Part shown: one piece after another, positions 37,386-52,129 of the stretch
How positions within the stretch are numbered: the stretch's first letter is position 1
Layout: every line of letters starts with the position of its first letter
DNA from: Octopus vulgaris
Taxonomy: Eukaryota
Reading direction: 5' to 3'
Assembly (NCBI GenBank): GCA_951406725.2
Contig: OX597834.1
Span: 38,440,001 to 38,504,000 of the forward strand
Length of the DNA stretch: 64,000 bases
The notes under the pieces: generated by a model
Told to the model about the DNA's origin: nothing
The model's input: the letters and a program-made list of their open reading frames with translations, nothing else
Database searches by the model: none
Made by a program: the position numbers and the translations under genes

Positions 37386-37904
37386 TCTCTCTATTTTGTC
37401 CCAAGCTTCATTTCGCCTTGACTCATTGGTTATCCGTTTAAATTAAGGCTTTCAAATAGGTTGGATCTTGAAGATCAGACTAAATGTTTTATCTTTTCAC
37501 TTAAAGCGTTTATTACATATGGGACAGCTTTCATCTTTAACGTAACATCTTTCAACGTTTCTTTTGCGATGCCTGTTGCAAGACACAGCTACAGCGAGCT
37601 TCCTCAGGAACATCTATTTATAAATAATAGAATTTAATAATAGAATCTATTATTTAAATATAATAGTATTTGTAGTCATAAAATTAACCCCTTCATTCCA
37701 TAGCTGTGCAAAATTCTGTCTAATAATGAGAGTGAATAATAATTAGAACTTGCATTTATCCTGAAGATATATATATTCTCATACATGCATACTATAATAC
37801 TATTAACTAGTTGAGAGTATGCAACTTTTACAAAAGAAAAAAGCAATAATATTAAAATCTTCGTTGTCCAGAAAGTCCTCAAATATTTTTTGATATATAT
37901 ATGA

Positions 37905-38085
37905 TGAACCAACTTCACGGCAGGCGGTGCAGATGAGGGCAGCTGCATCGAACTCTCTCATGCACCAAATGGCAGTTGCTAAAAAGCATTCGTGAGGTAA
38001 AATCATGTAGCAACACCAAATGGCGGTGCCCCAGCATGGCCACAGCTCATGAGCTGAAACTAGAGTCAATCAATCAATCAATCAA
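37905..38085 (+). mobile_element. Probable LINE 3' end sharing the SINE-A tail, with (TCAA)n terminus
   Basis: ggcggtgccccagcatggccacagctcatgagctgaaactag then tcaatcaatcaa; the upstream part is not SINE A; the same tail is at 9090-9112 (-). Confidence 0.6.
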
Positions 38086-38269
38086 TATATTTTTCAAAAT
38101 GTGGTGATCACATTTTCTTTATGAACTGCAGAAAGCTAATTTTAACTCGCTGGGAGATGAGTTGCCTCTCTGACAATCCCTTCTCTCTCGCTCCTCTCTC
38201 TCAAATACGCTTTTTTGTGCTACTTTCTACAGACATATCAGTAAAAACATTTCTCCAAATTATAAGTTA

Positions 38270-38664
38270 CTAGCAGTATCGCCCGGCGTTGCTCGGGTTG
38301 TAAAGGAAATAACTATATAAGCATTTTTAGAGAGTTATAGCCAAAAAATAGCAAAAAAATGCATTAAAAATTGAAAAAAAATTAAGGTAAATTTTTTTTT
38401 AAATCGTTGACACATCGTAGATATTTTTAGAGAGTTACTTCCCTTATATAAAAGCGAAAAAAATGCATTAAAATGGAAAAATATGATGGTAAATTTTTTT
38501 TAAATCGTAGACTCATCGTAGACGCGCGCTAATACCCAGAAGGGCTCGATATGAATCACGACTATAAGGTACCCGCTTTTGGTTAAACTGCACCGCAAAA
38601 TGTGGGAGTAGTTACGAATCTAAATCGAAGGGGACAGACACACAACTTCACTCTTATATAAAGA
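38270..38664 (-). mobile_element. Non-autonomous Helitron
   Basis: TC...hairpin-CTAG termini at an A|T site; homologous to 9464-9855. Confidence 0.9.
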
Positions 38665-38665
38665 T

Positions 38666-38990
38666 GCTTTTTTTTTTCAGTCATAGAGTTAGATTTATGA
38701 AGGTCTTCAGTAGAAAATCCTTCGAATTCTGACTCGCTGCTTGATATAATGAAATTCGTATCCATTTTTTGTCAGAATTACAAATTTTGAAAACACAATA
38801 GGAACAAATTTCGGAAAAAAATCTCCCATAATTCACGGAATTAAAATTACACTTCGATTTTTGTACAAAACTGTATTTGAAGTGTTTACGAAGTATAATA
38901 CGTGTTTTCACGAATGTACTAAAGAGATTTACTCTGATATTCTCATTTAAATATGAATAGGTAAATTCGGGCGGTTTGGTAAGGAAAGGG
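38666..38990 (-). mobile_element. piggyBac-like element 5' end
   Basis: Minus terminus (taaa)ccctttccttacc; short acidic ORF start MDTNFIISSSESEFEGFSTEDL; possible other end TTAA-ccccttc at 37684. Confidence 0.4.
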
Positions 38991-39239
38991 TTTATATAAG
39001 TGTCGTCTGTTTATACATAAACACTGTTTCATACTTTCAGTTTAGTCTTCCTCAAATCACTCTGTCGCTAATTTACTCTCTTCCAAGAACATTTTCACTC
39101 ACTCTTATCTGTTAGCTTCCCATACATTTTACTCATGTATCTATCAGCGTGATAGACAGAAACAAATATTACATCTAGTTTCACTTTATTCGTTGCACAC
39201 TGTGTGTGTGCGTTTGCGTGTGCTGTAAACCAGACTAAG

Positions 39240-39445
39240 AAAAGCATTTGACATACACACCAGAATGTGAGTTTTCTGTAAATTTTGCTTAATTGGAGTT
39301 TAAATTTTAAAAACTGGACCTGGCATGACCCGATGCATTCTACTCTTAAAAATGCTAGGTAAATTGTAATTGAAGAAATCCTATATTGTAGATTTCTATA
39401 ACTTACAAAGGGAGGCAGATAAAATCTGCCTTTTATAATAAGAGA
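39240..39445 (-). mobile_element. Helitron-like 5' end
   Basis: Minus a|TCtcttattataaaaggcagattttatctgcc; 3' end not identified. Confidence 0.4.
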
Positions 39446-40080
39446 TATGTTGATTCCAGAATTCTTACATAGTTGTCGGTTGCTTTTGACGAAACAGAAA
39501 GCTGATGGAGAAAGGTGGTTTAATTTACTTACGTCATTTGTGTCAAACATAAACTTATCTTATTTTCTTTTAACTAAAATATTTAATTGTTGTGCGCTAT
39601 GTTTTAAACGAGTTAACTAGTAAAGGAGACCGCTACAGTACAAGATAAAGACTGTAACATGAAATCTGTTATATATTTTCGATAGGTAATTCCTTTGCTG
39701 AGATCACCACTGTTCGTGTTATCGGTGCTTATTTGATGAACGGGAGAAATATTACTTCATATCTCTGTACATCTATAACTGCGTATTTATACATGTTATT
39801 AATACTAAAATGTAAACACAGGTACACACATTTTCATTGCATCTTGCAACCTTTCAGAGACGCAATGAAAATTTTAGAAAAAATACATAAATGAGTGGAA
39901 ATCAAACCGGTGAGTGCGTTAAATAATAAGGCGCTAAAAGAGAATGGCTCTCCCCAGACACAATAAAATAGGCTTCAACACACGAATTCACATAAAGAAT
40001 CTTGCAAACCAAATACAAAAACGATATATATATATATAAATATTTCCTCTAAAGGAAAGCCAACGATCTCCGAAGCACTT

Positions 40081-40205
40081 CTGAATACCCGATCGCGCGG
40101 TTAAACCATTGGGAGTGAAGGACTCCTAGCCTTTGTTAGGACATCCTTCAAGGAGAAGGTAACTCAGGTAACTGGGATAACTCCGATATAAAACCTGCGA
40201 CTCAG
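40081..40205 (+). mobile_element. Second copy of the RTE-5'UTR-like repeat
   Basis: Matches 19135-19238. Confidence 0.65.
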
Positions 40206-40409
40206 TGGTTACCGATGATGTTGACTTGTTCTTCTTTTCGGATTATAGCTGCTGTTGCTTAGTGAGTGGGATTGACTCAGTGTACAGCCTTTCCTCACTT
40301 TAAAAAAATCTTCTTGCACAGGCATTGCACGATAAGAACATTGATTAAACTTCGTACAATGGCCATACTCGATAACGAGGGGGCAGCCACCATATATATA
40401 TATATAAAG

Positions 40410-40456
<47 letters not shown>

Positions 40457-40507
40457 CAGATAGACAGACAGATAGATAGATAGACAGATAGGTAGATAGA
40501 TAGATAA

Positions 40508-40562
<55 letters not shown>

Positions 40563-40584
40563 TGTATATATATGTATGTATGTA

Positions 40585-40938
40585 GGCGCAGGCATGGCTG
40601 TGTGGTAAGCAGTTTGGCTCCCAACCACACGGTTCCGGGTTCAGACCTATTGCATGGTACTCTGGGTGTTTTCTACTGTAGCCCTAGATCGACCAAAAGC
40701 ATTGTGAGTGGATCTAGTAAGCTGAGAAGTCCATCGTGTGTGTGTGTTTGTTCACGCCACCGCTTGACAACCGGTGTTTGGGTGCTTACGTCCTCGTAAC
40801 TTAGCGGTTTGACAAAGGAGATCCAATGGAATAAGTACCAGGCTTTAAAAAATAAGCACTGGCATCGATTCGTTCAATTAAAGTCCTTGAAGGCAGTGCC
40901 CCCCGCATGTCCTCGGTTTAATGACTGGAAAAAAAGAT
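40585..40938 (+). mobile_element. SINE family A, diverged
   Basis: ggcgcaggcatggctgtgtggtaag..aatgactgga. Confidence 0.85.
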
Positions 40939-41041
40939 GAAAGCTAAAAGATCAAGCCCAATTTGTGGTTATCTGCTTTACTACCTTCCTGTCTGTCTGT
41001 CTGTCTGTTTGTCTGTCTCTCTTTCTATATATATATACACG

Positions 41042-41081
<40 letters not shown>

Positions 41082-41971
41082 CATACACACACATACACAC
41101 ACACACATATATATACATACATACACATACACACACATATATATGTATGTACGTATATATGTGTGAGTGTGCATGCATACATGTATATGTAAGAATACTT
41201 ATATCTGTATGTATGTGTGTATCTATCTCTCTGTCTACACACACACACACACACACACATACACATATATAAACAGACATTTACGAAAAGCGTGACCCTA
41301 TACTATTTGTTGAATCATTTATTAATCATATTAGACTTAAATGAGACTCCAAATTTCACCAATGCGTATATATCTGTATATATGTAAACCTGTGTTCTCT
41401 ATTTATATTCGCAGCGGCCTAAAATCTGCTGTTGTTTACGCTTTACATTCCGTTCATATGTCGTTGAACAAATAGAGATCGATAAAATAAGCAACAGATT
41501 GCAAAAAGTACCGGAGATCGATACCATCAACTAACTCTTTTATGGATGGTGCTCCAGCATGACCACACTTCAGTAACTGAAACCAAGAAAAATATAAGGG
41601 AAGTAAAAAAACCTAATCGACAATGAAATCAAATAAAAACCTTAAGGCTCAACAATCTGCTTCGAATGGTCAGTATTCTGGTCCTGCAAGGCTGGGCAGA
41701 AAGGAAGTGAGTCATGATACATGTTAGAAATAAGTCATAATGCCTGGAGGATAGCATGACTGACCACTGTTGAGATGGATATTACTTGATTGGTATTCGA
41801 TGTGTGGTGACTAAGAAGTTTACTAGATATATAGGCTTTACAGTTAACATGAAGTAACAATAGAACATTTTATATATCTGACTAACCACTCCTGACAATG
41901 ATGCAATACATTGAAAGGTATCAGCTATATCTATGTCGTTCATATGTACTGGACAATGTGTGTGTGTGTGT

Positions 41972-42025
<54 letters not shown>

Positions 42026-42027
42026 TA

Positions 42028-42252
42028 TGGGGTGAGCTGGCAGAATCGTTAACACGCCGAGCAAAATTGTTTAGGGGCATTTCGTTCATCTTTACGACAT
42101 CAGTTCAAATCCCACTGTGGTCTACCATGCTTTTATCCTTTCCGAGTCAATAAGATATGTACCAGTTTAGCACTGGGATCGTTGTAATCGATTCCACCTC
42201 CCCACCCAAACTGCCCCCAAATTACTGGCCTTGTACCCAAATCTGAAACCAA
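42028..42252 (+). mobile_element. SINE family B
   Basis: ggtgagctggcagaatcgttaac..ggccttgtacccaaatctgaaacc. Confidence 0.82.
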
Positions 42253-42265
42253 TATACATATACAT

Positions 42266-42379
<114 letters not shown>

Positions 42380-42511
42380 AATATATATAATATATATAAT
42401 AAATTCAGGGTGAATACTTGATAAATGTAAGCACCTGTATATGCCAGCTAGTAGCAGAGGTGAGAGGACATATGTATCAAATGAAATAAAAAACAGAACA
42501 CAAAGGATGTC

Positions 42512-42603
42512 GCGGTACACATGTTTCGAGCTTTATAAAACAACATATTCTTACATCAATGTATAATCGACATAACAGATAGTTTAAAGCCCTCTTCAGC
42601 CGC
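42512..42603 (-). ncRNA. Hammerhead ribozyme motif, H4-related, in element about 42398-42710
   Basis: gcgg-CTGAAGA-GGGCTTTA...TAAAGCTC-GAAA-CATGT-GTA-ccgc. Confidence 0.88.
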
Positions 42604-42710
42604 ATGCGATTGCTACACCAAAGACTTGTATCACATTATGAAAGGTCTGAGAAAGAACATTTGGTATTATTTATAATGGTAGGTAAACTTAGTATCACTG
42701 AGAAAGTATG

Positions 42711-42775
<65 letters not shown>

Positions 42776-42873
42776 TAGTAATGGTAAGACAGCAAAAGAA
42801 TGAAAGAGACCTTGATATTATGTAAATAGAGGAATTTATCTGTAACATATGTGACAATTATTCTGTTGACATA

Positions 42874-42932
42874 ATAAGACTCCGAGTTTCGGATGTCGGG
42901 GCGGAAAGCTGCTCTGGCATCTCGTCAGTTAT
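42874..42932 (-). ncRNA. Hammerhead ribozyme motif H6 in element about 42770-42940
   Basis: ataa-CTGACGA-GATG...CATC-c-GAAA-CTC-g-GA-GTC-ttat. Confidence 0.78.
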
Positions 42933-42984
42933 CGAGGCAAAAAAAAAAAAAAAGCTGTGAAAATGACCGTTAAACAAATAATAA

Positions 42985-43175
42985 AACTCTAGGCATAAGC
43001 ACTGAAAGTTTGCATCGATAAACCCAGCGTACGACTAGTACTTAATTGTATCGACCTTAAAAAGATGAAGGGCAAAGTCAACCTCAGCTAAATTTGGACT
43101 CAGAACGTGAAGCCGGATGAAATGACACTAAATATTTTGTTCGGCGCCATAACGATTTTGCCAGCTCGCCGTCTT
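42985..43175 (-). mobile_element. SINE family B
   Basis: gatgaagggcaaagtcaacc..ttgccagctcgccg. Confidence 0.8.
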
Positions 43176-43459
43176 GCACACTTATTAAATAACGAAATAA
43201 AATAAACTAGTTTCTAACCTCAACAGATTTCATTTAGTAAGTTGATCGACTTCGGGAATGATCTGAACCTGGGACGTTAGTGGAAGCGCTACGGTAACAA
43301 CCCAATAAACTTTTAGGGATAAGTGCGGGAACTATAGAAAACCTAGTTTTTCAGGAGGATATTTAAAGTTTTTTCCTTGTCCTCAGCCCTTCAAAAAATT
43401 TTAAGGGGTGCACTTGTACACTCTGTTCCCGAGCTTATAAAAAATCCTTTTCCAATCAT

Positions 43460-43690
43460 AGAGTCTCACAGAACCGGTTTCCGTGGCGCTTATACCCGTC
43501 ACCCTACACTTTCCTGGACGGGACGCCAGTCCGTCGCAAGATCACTCATTAGGCCGGCTGAGTGGACCGGAGCAACGTGAAATGAAGTGTTTTTGCTCAA
43601 GAACACAACGCCTCGTCCGGCCCAGGAATCGAAACCACAATCTTACGCTCATCAGTTCTACACCCCCAACTTCTAAAGCTACGCGCCACC
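43460..43690 (-). mobile_element. SINE with CORE-like body and V-like tail
   Basis: ctgagtggaccggagcaacgtgaaatgaagtg (as family C) plus ctggacgggacgccagtccgtcgc (as 16366-16393). Confidence 0.8.
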
Positions 43691-44186
43691 CGAGCCTATG
43701 CTGTTAGGTATTTTAGTTCGACGCTCCTCGCAGCTATTGAATATGATTTCTGAAGCTGAAATTGAACCAGGGTGAAGAGTAGAGGGAGCGGTTATTGTAT
43801 CATATTCTGCTAGCTACTTAACTGGATTTGAACACCTAGCTCCGTTTCGTAATGCACTGAGCATAGCAAATCTGCTAGGTTATTGACCTGAAAGCTAACT
43901 GTGGGATAACAATTACCGTTCATTGGCAGATGCACGCGCAAGCATAGACACAGACACAGTTACACAATCCCTCGCCCCGCCCCGCGCATTCGCACATGCA
44001 CACAGACACTCATAAATACACAACCTCCAGAATGCATATTAACACAGACACATACGCTCATATGCATGTACGTACTTACGTATGCATGTATGTATTTATG
44101 TATGCGTTGTATCTATATATATCTATTATTTGTATGTGTGTGCATCTGTGGAAGTAGGTTGGTAGGTAAGTGGTAGCTATGTATGC

Positions 44187-44281
<95 letters not shown>

Positions 44282-44433
44282 CGCGCGTACAGACGTACTA
44301 ACCTATAGACTCCAAAAGAAATATTTGCAAACACTGACCTATCAGTCACTCGTTTAATCCACCCAGCCAACCAGCCAACAAAGCAGCCACCCGTTCATCC
44401 ATCCATCCATCTGTCTGTCTATGTATGTATGTA

Positions 44434-44508
<75 letters not shown>

Positions 44509-45009
44509 TGCTGTCGGTCTGTCTTTCTATCTTCTGTGTGTGCGTGTTTATTAGAAAGAGCAGGGTGGAATTGATAGATGTAGGTACGCGAAGGAGAAAG
44601 GTATGTGTGTTCAGGGAGAAAGACAGATAGAGGGGCACAGAAAGAGGGAGAGACAGGAGAGAGAGCGAAAGAGGGGAGAGAGATAGACTGATAGACAGAC
44701 AGACAGCGGCGCGCGTGCGTTTGTCTTTGTGTATGTGTCTTTGTTGAGCTGCTTCCGAAGATTCTGTCCCATAACGAAAAATTGAGTGACAGAAAAAGAA
44801 ATATTGAACAAAGAAATGTCTATAAGAATTAGATTACCCCGGAGAGACAGACGAGTGGAAGGCAGAGGCACTAGTGAAGAAGAAGAAGAAGAAGAAGAAG
44901 AAGAAGAAAAAGAAGAAGAAGAGAGAGAGACTGTCAGACAGAGATAGAGAGATAATGGATGGGTATGGGTGTGTATATGAATTTTCGAGTGTATACCAAT
45001 ATTTTTTTT

Positions 45010-45100
<91 letters not shown>

Positions 45101-45695
45101 ATATGAGAGAGAAAGAGAGCGAGAGAGGGAGAGCCAGTGAGTGAGCGAGCGAGTGGTGGATGGAAAGAGAGGACGGTTGAGAGACAGACAAAGTATTCGA
45201 TAGATCGATCGAATTGATTAATTAATGAAATGATTGATTGATAGCTAACAGAAATGGGGTGGGGCCCAAGATATTGAATTGAGGAGAACAAACACTAAGT
45301 GTATATATATGAGAAAGAGACAGACGGACAGAGATAGAGATAGAGAGAGAGGGGGAAGAGAGAGAGGGAGAGAGAGAGAGAGGAATGGTAAGTGATTGAA
45401 TGGAAGAAAGGAGGAAGTAGGAAGTAGTGGAAGACGAAAAGATGAAAGGACTGATAAAGAAAGGAAGAAAGAATTTGGAAAAAGTGAACTAGTTCGGAAC
45501 CAATGAATAAGATCGGTGAATAACCTATGTCGTAATACAACTTAATGCTATATATCACACAGACACACTTTACTACTAGTCATTTTGTCGTATCTCTTCC
45601 CCTCCCTCCCTCACTCCAGCCCTCCCTCCCTCACTCCAGCCCTCCCACTCTCTTTCCTTCTCCCTTTATACACACACACACACATATATATACAT

Positions 45696-45770
<75 letters not shown>

Positions 45771-45969
45771 CATACATACACACATACATATATTCACATA
45801 TTTATCTATGGACATATATATACTTGTATCAATATATATATATATATATCTATATATATATACATGTATGTATGTATGTATGTATATATACACACACACA
45901 CATATATACATATACATACATACACACATACATATATTCACACATTTGTCTATGGACACATATATATAC

Positions 45970-46041
<72 letters not shown>

Positions 46042-46688
46042 TGTATGTATGTATGTATGTATGTACATATACATTCACACACAAGGTACAATCGCACATA
46101 TACATACAACGTTTACCCCGTCTCATAATCACACAGTAGGCACACGTACACACACACACACACGCACACACACACATATACATACATACACACATACGCA
46201 TGCATAACGTTTAGCTCCCTCTCATAATCACAGAACAGGCACAAAGACACATATATACACACACACACACACAAATATATGCACATGCACGCGCATCTGC
46301 ATCCGCACACACACACACACACACACACGTATAAACACAACACACAAACACACAGACATAAACACGCACCGTGTCACTGACACGTACAGGTATACAACAG
46401 AAGCGTGCTTAGAGACACACGGACATACGTGCGCACGCAAACATACAGACACACACACACGCACGCACACACATACACACCGGTGTACCTACTAACCTTG
46501 TATCAAGTGGAGGTGACTCAAATATAAATCCATTATTACATAATGCATACACGCGGCTCTGGCGTGCGTATATAATAAACCCATGCCTACATACACGCAA
46601 ACATACACGCTCGTGTTTTTCTTATAGCAATATATACCATGCACACGCGCTGAAAATTAAACCTAGCACACAGATATCTGTACGTATA

Positions 46689-46910
<222 letters not shown>

Positions 46911-47028
46911 TAGATAGATAGATAGATAGATAGATATGTATGTATGATGTATGTGTATATATATGTATGTATATATGTATATATATATATAGATAGATAT
47001 AGATATATATATGTATGTATGTATGATG

Positions 47029-47081
<53 letters not shown>

Positions 47082-47293
47082 GTATGTATGTATGTATGTA
47101 TGATGTATGTATGTATGATGCATGGATGTATGTATATATATATATGTATGTATGTATGTATACATACATACACAGAAATGTATATCATCATGAACATCGT
47201 CATCTACATTATGATCATCATCAACGTCGTCGTCATCGTCGTCGTCGTCATCATTGTCGTCGTCTTCCCCCATATTCGTCATCGTCGTCGTCG

Positions 47294-47325
<32 letters not shown>

Positions 47326-47896
47326 GTTATTGTCGTGGTGGGACAGTGATGTACACTGATAAATATACACACAGACTGCCCCCTCCACAGTCACACACAC
47401 ACACACACACTATGTCTCTTGGCACTACTAACCCATACACGTTAATATACAGACATATAGACTTACCGATATACGATATACGCACATACACACACACACA
47501 GAGTACCACTGATATATGCATACCTGCGGTGCACACGGTATGAATGTATTAGGTACATACATACATATACACATATACATATACACTCTCCCACTTAAAT
47601 ATTAATAAATACCAACACAAATGTACACACTATTCCATAAGGATATAAGCTTAAGCCTACCCTGCCTTGTTCTGTTTCATTTCAGCCACATACAGTCACA
47701 TTCCCTACTATGTACCCAGCCACACACACACACGACCACACGCTGCCAGACAGATACTACAACACACACACATACACACACACAAATGTAGACGCATACA
47801 TGCATGCACATACATACAAACACGGCACAGACTCATACACACGCAGAGACCCCCAAACACAATGACACACACACAAGCAGATACACATATATATAT

Positions 47897-47941
<45 letters not shown>

Positions 47942-48035
47942 TACGCTGAGACACGCACAAGCACAAACACACGTACGCACATACTCACACGCTTACAACC
48001 ATACACTCACACATAGTCTAGCATACACACACACA

Positions 48036-48101
<66 letters not shown>

Positions 48102-49544
48102 CACACACTGCAATACACACTATTACTTACATATATCACCAAATACAAGCACATACACACACTACCATATATGCACTGCCTCACACAACCTTAGACACAA
48201 TACAACACACTCCATCTTACCACACATACACATATACTTACACAAATGCTACCATACACAACCACTCATATACTACCACATACACACATACACTATCATA
48301 TACAATCTCGTATATACTGTCACATTCACACGCAACTTCAAGCACACTACTACACACACACAATACCATATACAATCTCATCACCATACACATACTACAA
48401 CACATACTACACTACAACCTACACTACAACAAACCACATCGCCCGTTTCACATACACAGACACGACTGCATGCACATTACATGCCTCACGCTTTCCTATA
48501 CGCTACCTGACACACACACACACACACACATTCACACACATACACACACACGCACACACATGCTCACACACGACAACACGCGCAAACAAACAGATATTAC
48601 GACACACACACACACACACACACTAACACACGTGCATCTGCTCGCACTACAACACTTACTACAGCACATATTGGGACTAACTCATTCATACACACACACA
48701 TACAGTATTACACACCACCCGAACACACACAGACAGTGACACATCAGTGATCAATATTATTCAACAAACACTATTGGATAATATGAATCACGTGATCTCT
48801 CTACCTTGGACACTCTTTTCTTTTAGTGTTATTTCTTTTACTACTTGGAATCGATAGTTCTAACCCTTGATGTTATTAACACTGTTGTTGTTGTTGCTGT
48901 TGTTGTTATGATTCTTGTTATTACTTCTGTGGTGGTACATGTTGTTATTGTGATTATTACAGTTGTTGTGGTGGTGGTGGTGTGATGTGGTGGAGATAGT
49001 GGTTATTGCTATGGTCGTCCTGCTAATTATGAGTCTCGTTACAAATATTGTGGCTACGACTGATTATTACTGATAGAGTTCTGATTATAACTTTATGGTT
49101 ATTACCGATGTTGTTATTACTCTAGTTTGGATTAATAACACCTCTTTAGTTGTAGTTATTACTTGTAGTGGCTATTTCTGACATTACTTTGGTTATTGCG
49201 GTTATGGTAGCGACGGTGATTACTGAGGTAGTGGTTATCACAGATGTTGTAGAGGTTATTATTGATGTTGCAGTGGTTATTACCGGTGTTTTATGTGTGC
49301 ATGTAATAACTGTTACTTCAGTGTATTACTTTGCTGTGACAGTGATTATTACTATTGTTTTGGTGATCATTACTGCTGTGGAGTGATGGGTATTGCTGTG
49401 GTTGTTGTTTTTGGTGGTTATTACTGTCATGTGATGGTTATTACAGTTGCTTATTTTGGTTGCTATTGGTTTGGTGGTTATTAGTGTTACGCCGTTTCGC
49501 TGGTTAACTCTATAGCTGTTCTTTTGGTCATTATTACTCTTACT

Positions 49545-49835
49545 GGCAAGGAGTCAACCTTCAAAGAAATCTGGAGTGGAGCCCTGTAGGCGGTTTAGTG
49601 TTCGACTCGACGCTCTTCCGGTAGATCCTGCAACCAAGCTGGTGCCAAATGTAATGCTCTGCACTCCTGTGGACTACGTCAGCAAGGTCAAGAGAGGAAT
49701 CCTGACGATTGGGCTACCCAGGATTTTCTTACCTCCAGCCCAGGCCTGAGCAAAACAGGAGAGGACATGAAATGTAAAAACCAGACTGGATTAGTTTACG
49801 CGCAACTCCATTGTCTCCCGAGTCAAAAGGATGCC
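49545..49835 (-). mobile_element. RTE/BovB-like 5' region fragment
   Basis: Minus ggagtgcagagcattacatttggcaccagcttggttgcagga..ccgcctacagggctccactccagattt recalls RTE 5' UTRs (recognition only). Confidence 0.5.
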
Positions 49836-49859
49836 AACAACTCTTACTGTTGCTCTTGC

Positions 49860-50235
49860 TGTTGAGCGAACGGTCTTTGTCCCAGAACTCGCAAGATGGG
49901 AGAAGTCCGAAACGTGGTCTTTTGCTATTCGTAAGACCCGCAGAAGAGAAAGCAGGTCAACCCCCGACACCGAGAGCATCGACGGATGGATGAATGCGCA
50001 TCCAGGCTCAGCGGTTGCGTAGGAAGTCGGGGACAAGAAACAGGAAGAAAGAGTGAGAGAAAGTTGGGGCGAAGGAGTACAACAGGGGTCGCCACCCCAC
50101 CCACCCCTGCCGGAGCCTCGTGGAGCTTTAGGTGTTTTCGCTCAATAAACACACACAACGCCCGGTCTGGGAATCGAAACTGCGATCTTCCGACCGCGAG
50201 TCCGCTGCCCTAACCATTGGCCCGTTGCGCCACCT
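49860..50235 (-). mobile_element. SINE family D
   Basis: Nearly identical to 19555-19922. Confidence 0.9.
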
Positions 50236-50625
50236 ACTGTTGCTGTAGTTATTATTGTAATAAACGCTTATAACATCTACGACTAGAGTGGAACCCCATA
50301 AAATTTGCTTGGTGAGCAGAAGGATACTGGACCCTTTGAAGCATAATATATAATACTTTCAAGAGGTGTATGGATCCAGGGAAGTCAACGCCATCCGATA
50401 GTTTACACCTGCATGCATGAGTGCGAGTTTGTGTGGTTCTTAGTGCAGGGCATGGAAGAAATAAGTAACTTTCATTTTGACAGCTTCGTATGTGGAGGCA
50501 GCAGGCCAATGTGAACAACTGGTGCAGATGGAAACACCTTAACTTCATACAGGAGTACAAGCCATGCTGTAGAGCAAACAGCTAGTATGATGTTTTATAA
50601 GCCTCGGTCAACCACTAGCTTGGAT

Positions 50626-50879
50626 CAGTAGTCCTCAACTGGTGTCCATATGGCCCTTATAAGATCCATATAAGAATTTCTTAAACTTTATGTGCAATAA
50701 ATTGGATATACTTCTACAGTACACAAAACGTTTTAACAATTTTTTTAATAAACGCCCTAATAATATTTAATTATAAAAATACTATAGGGTTTTTTTTAAT
50801 ATGGAATGGATATGAGGGTCCACCCGAGTAAAACAGGAATCATATGGGTTCATCGGTAAAGAATGGTTGAGGACCACTG
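50626..50879. mobile_element. hAT-type MITE, uninterrupted
   Basis: TIRs cagtagtcctcaac / gttgaggaccactg. Confidence 0.82.
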
Positions 50880-51094
50880 ACTTACACGGTACTGCAAGAT
50901 CTTGAGGTCCTTCAGGCATTTTAGTAGCCTCATGCATTCTTCTACAACCTCAGTTGCCATTAATGTATGTTGCCAACTGGGCATATTGTGTAACAACTAG
51001 TGAGTTTTATGTGCACGAGGTTCTTTCTTACAACTTGGCACTAGCCGAGCATCTGCTTATCTTGAAGTTGCTAGATTATAATCAAATTATCAAA

Positions 51095-51476
51095 GAGTGG
51101 CTGTGTGGTAAGTAGCTTGCTTACCAGCCACATGGTTCCGGGTTCAGTCCTACTGCGTGGTATCTTGGGCAAGTGTCTTCTGCTATAGCCTCGGGCCGAC
51201 CAAAGCCTTGTGAGTGGATTTGGTAGACGGAAAGTGAAAGAATCCCGTCGTAAATATCTATATATATGTGTGTGTTTGTGTGTCTGTGTTTGTCCCCCTA
51301 GCTTTGCTTGACAACCGATGCTGGTGTGTTTACGTCCCCGTCACTTAGCGGTTCGGCAAAAGTGACCGATAGAATAAGTACTGGGTTTACAAAGAATAAG
51401 TCCCGGGTCGATATGCTCGACTAAAGGCGGTGCTCCAGCATGGCCACAGTCAAATGACTGAAACAAGTAAAAGAGT
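51095..51476 (+). mobile_element. SINE family A
   Basis: High identity to 17876-18356. Confidence 0.93.
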
Positions 51477-51703
51477 ATATCACATCACATTTTATTGTCT
51501 GCTGCTGTCGTCGTGCGAAATGCTCGATTCCATGTTTATACCATTTGGCTGGTTTAGAGACCCAAAACTCCCTGCACCCGTTTTCAACATCATCCACATT
51601 GCTGACACGTACTCAGCAAATTAAGCTGAGTTTTCATCAAATAATAATGATGATGATAATAACGCACACGCACACATTCACGCACACACACACACACACA
51701 CAT

Positions 51704-51736
<33 letters not shown>

Positions 51737-51813
51737 TGTATTTATTTATACATATATATATATGTATATATTTATACATATATATATATGTATACATATA
51801 CATATATATACAT

Positions 51814-51862
<49 letters not shown>

Positions 51863-52129
51863 TGCATATATATATATACACATATATCTACATATATACA
51901 TATATATACATATATATACATATGTATATATATATGTATATATATATACGCATACACACACACCTGCACCCCCACACACACATATATATATATATATATA
52001 CAGAGAGGGAGAGATGTGTAAGTAAGCAGTTTTGTATAAAAACAGTTATATATTATATGCATAATCAATGTATGAGAATACGTACATTAATGATTATGTG
52101 TTTTGTTGCTATTATCTAATCCCCCAAAA

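Noticed and set aside
43970-43990. GC-box-like cgccccgcccgcgc as a promoter
   Set aside because: Isolated motif with no CpG island or downstream exon
48870-49530. Val/Ile/Thr-rich ORFs
   Set aside because: Decayed GTT/ATT/GGT trinucleotide simplicity with stops in all frames
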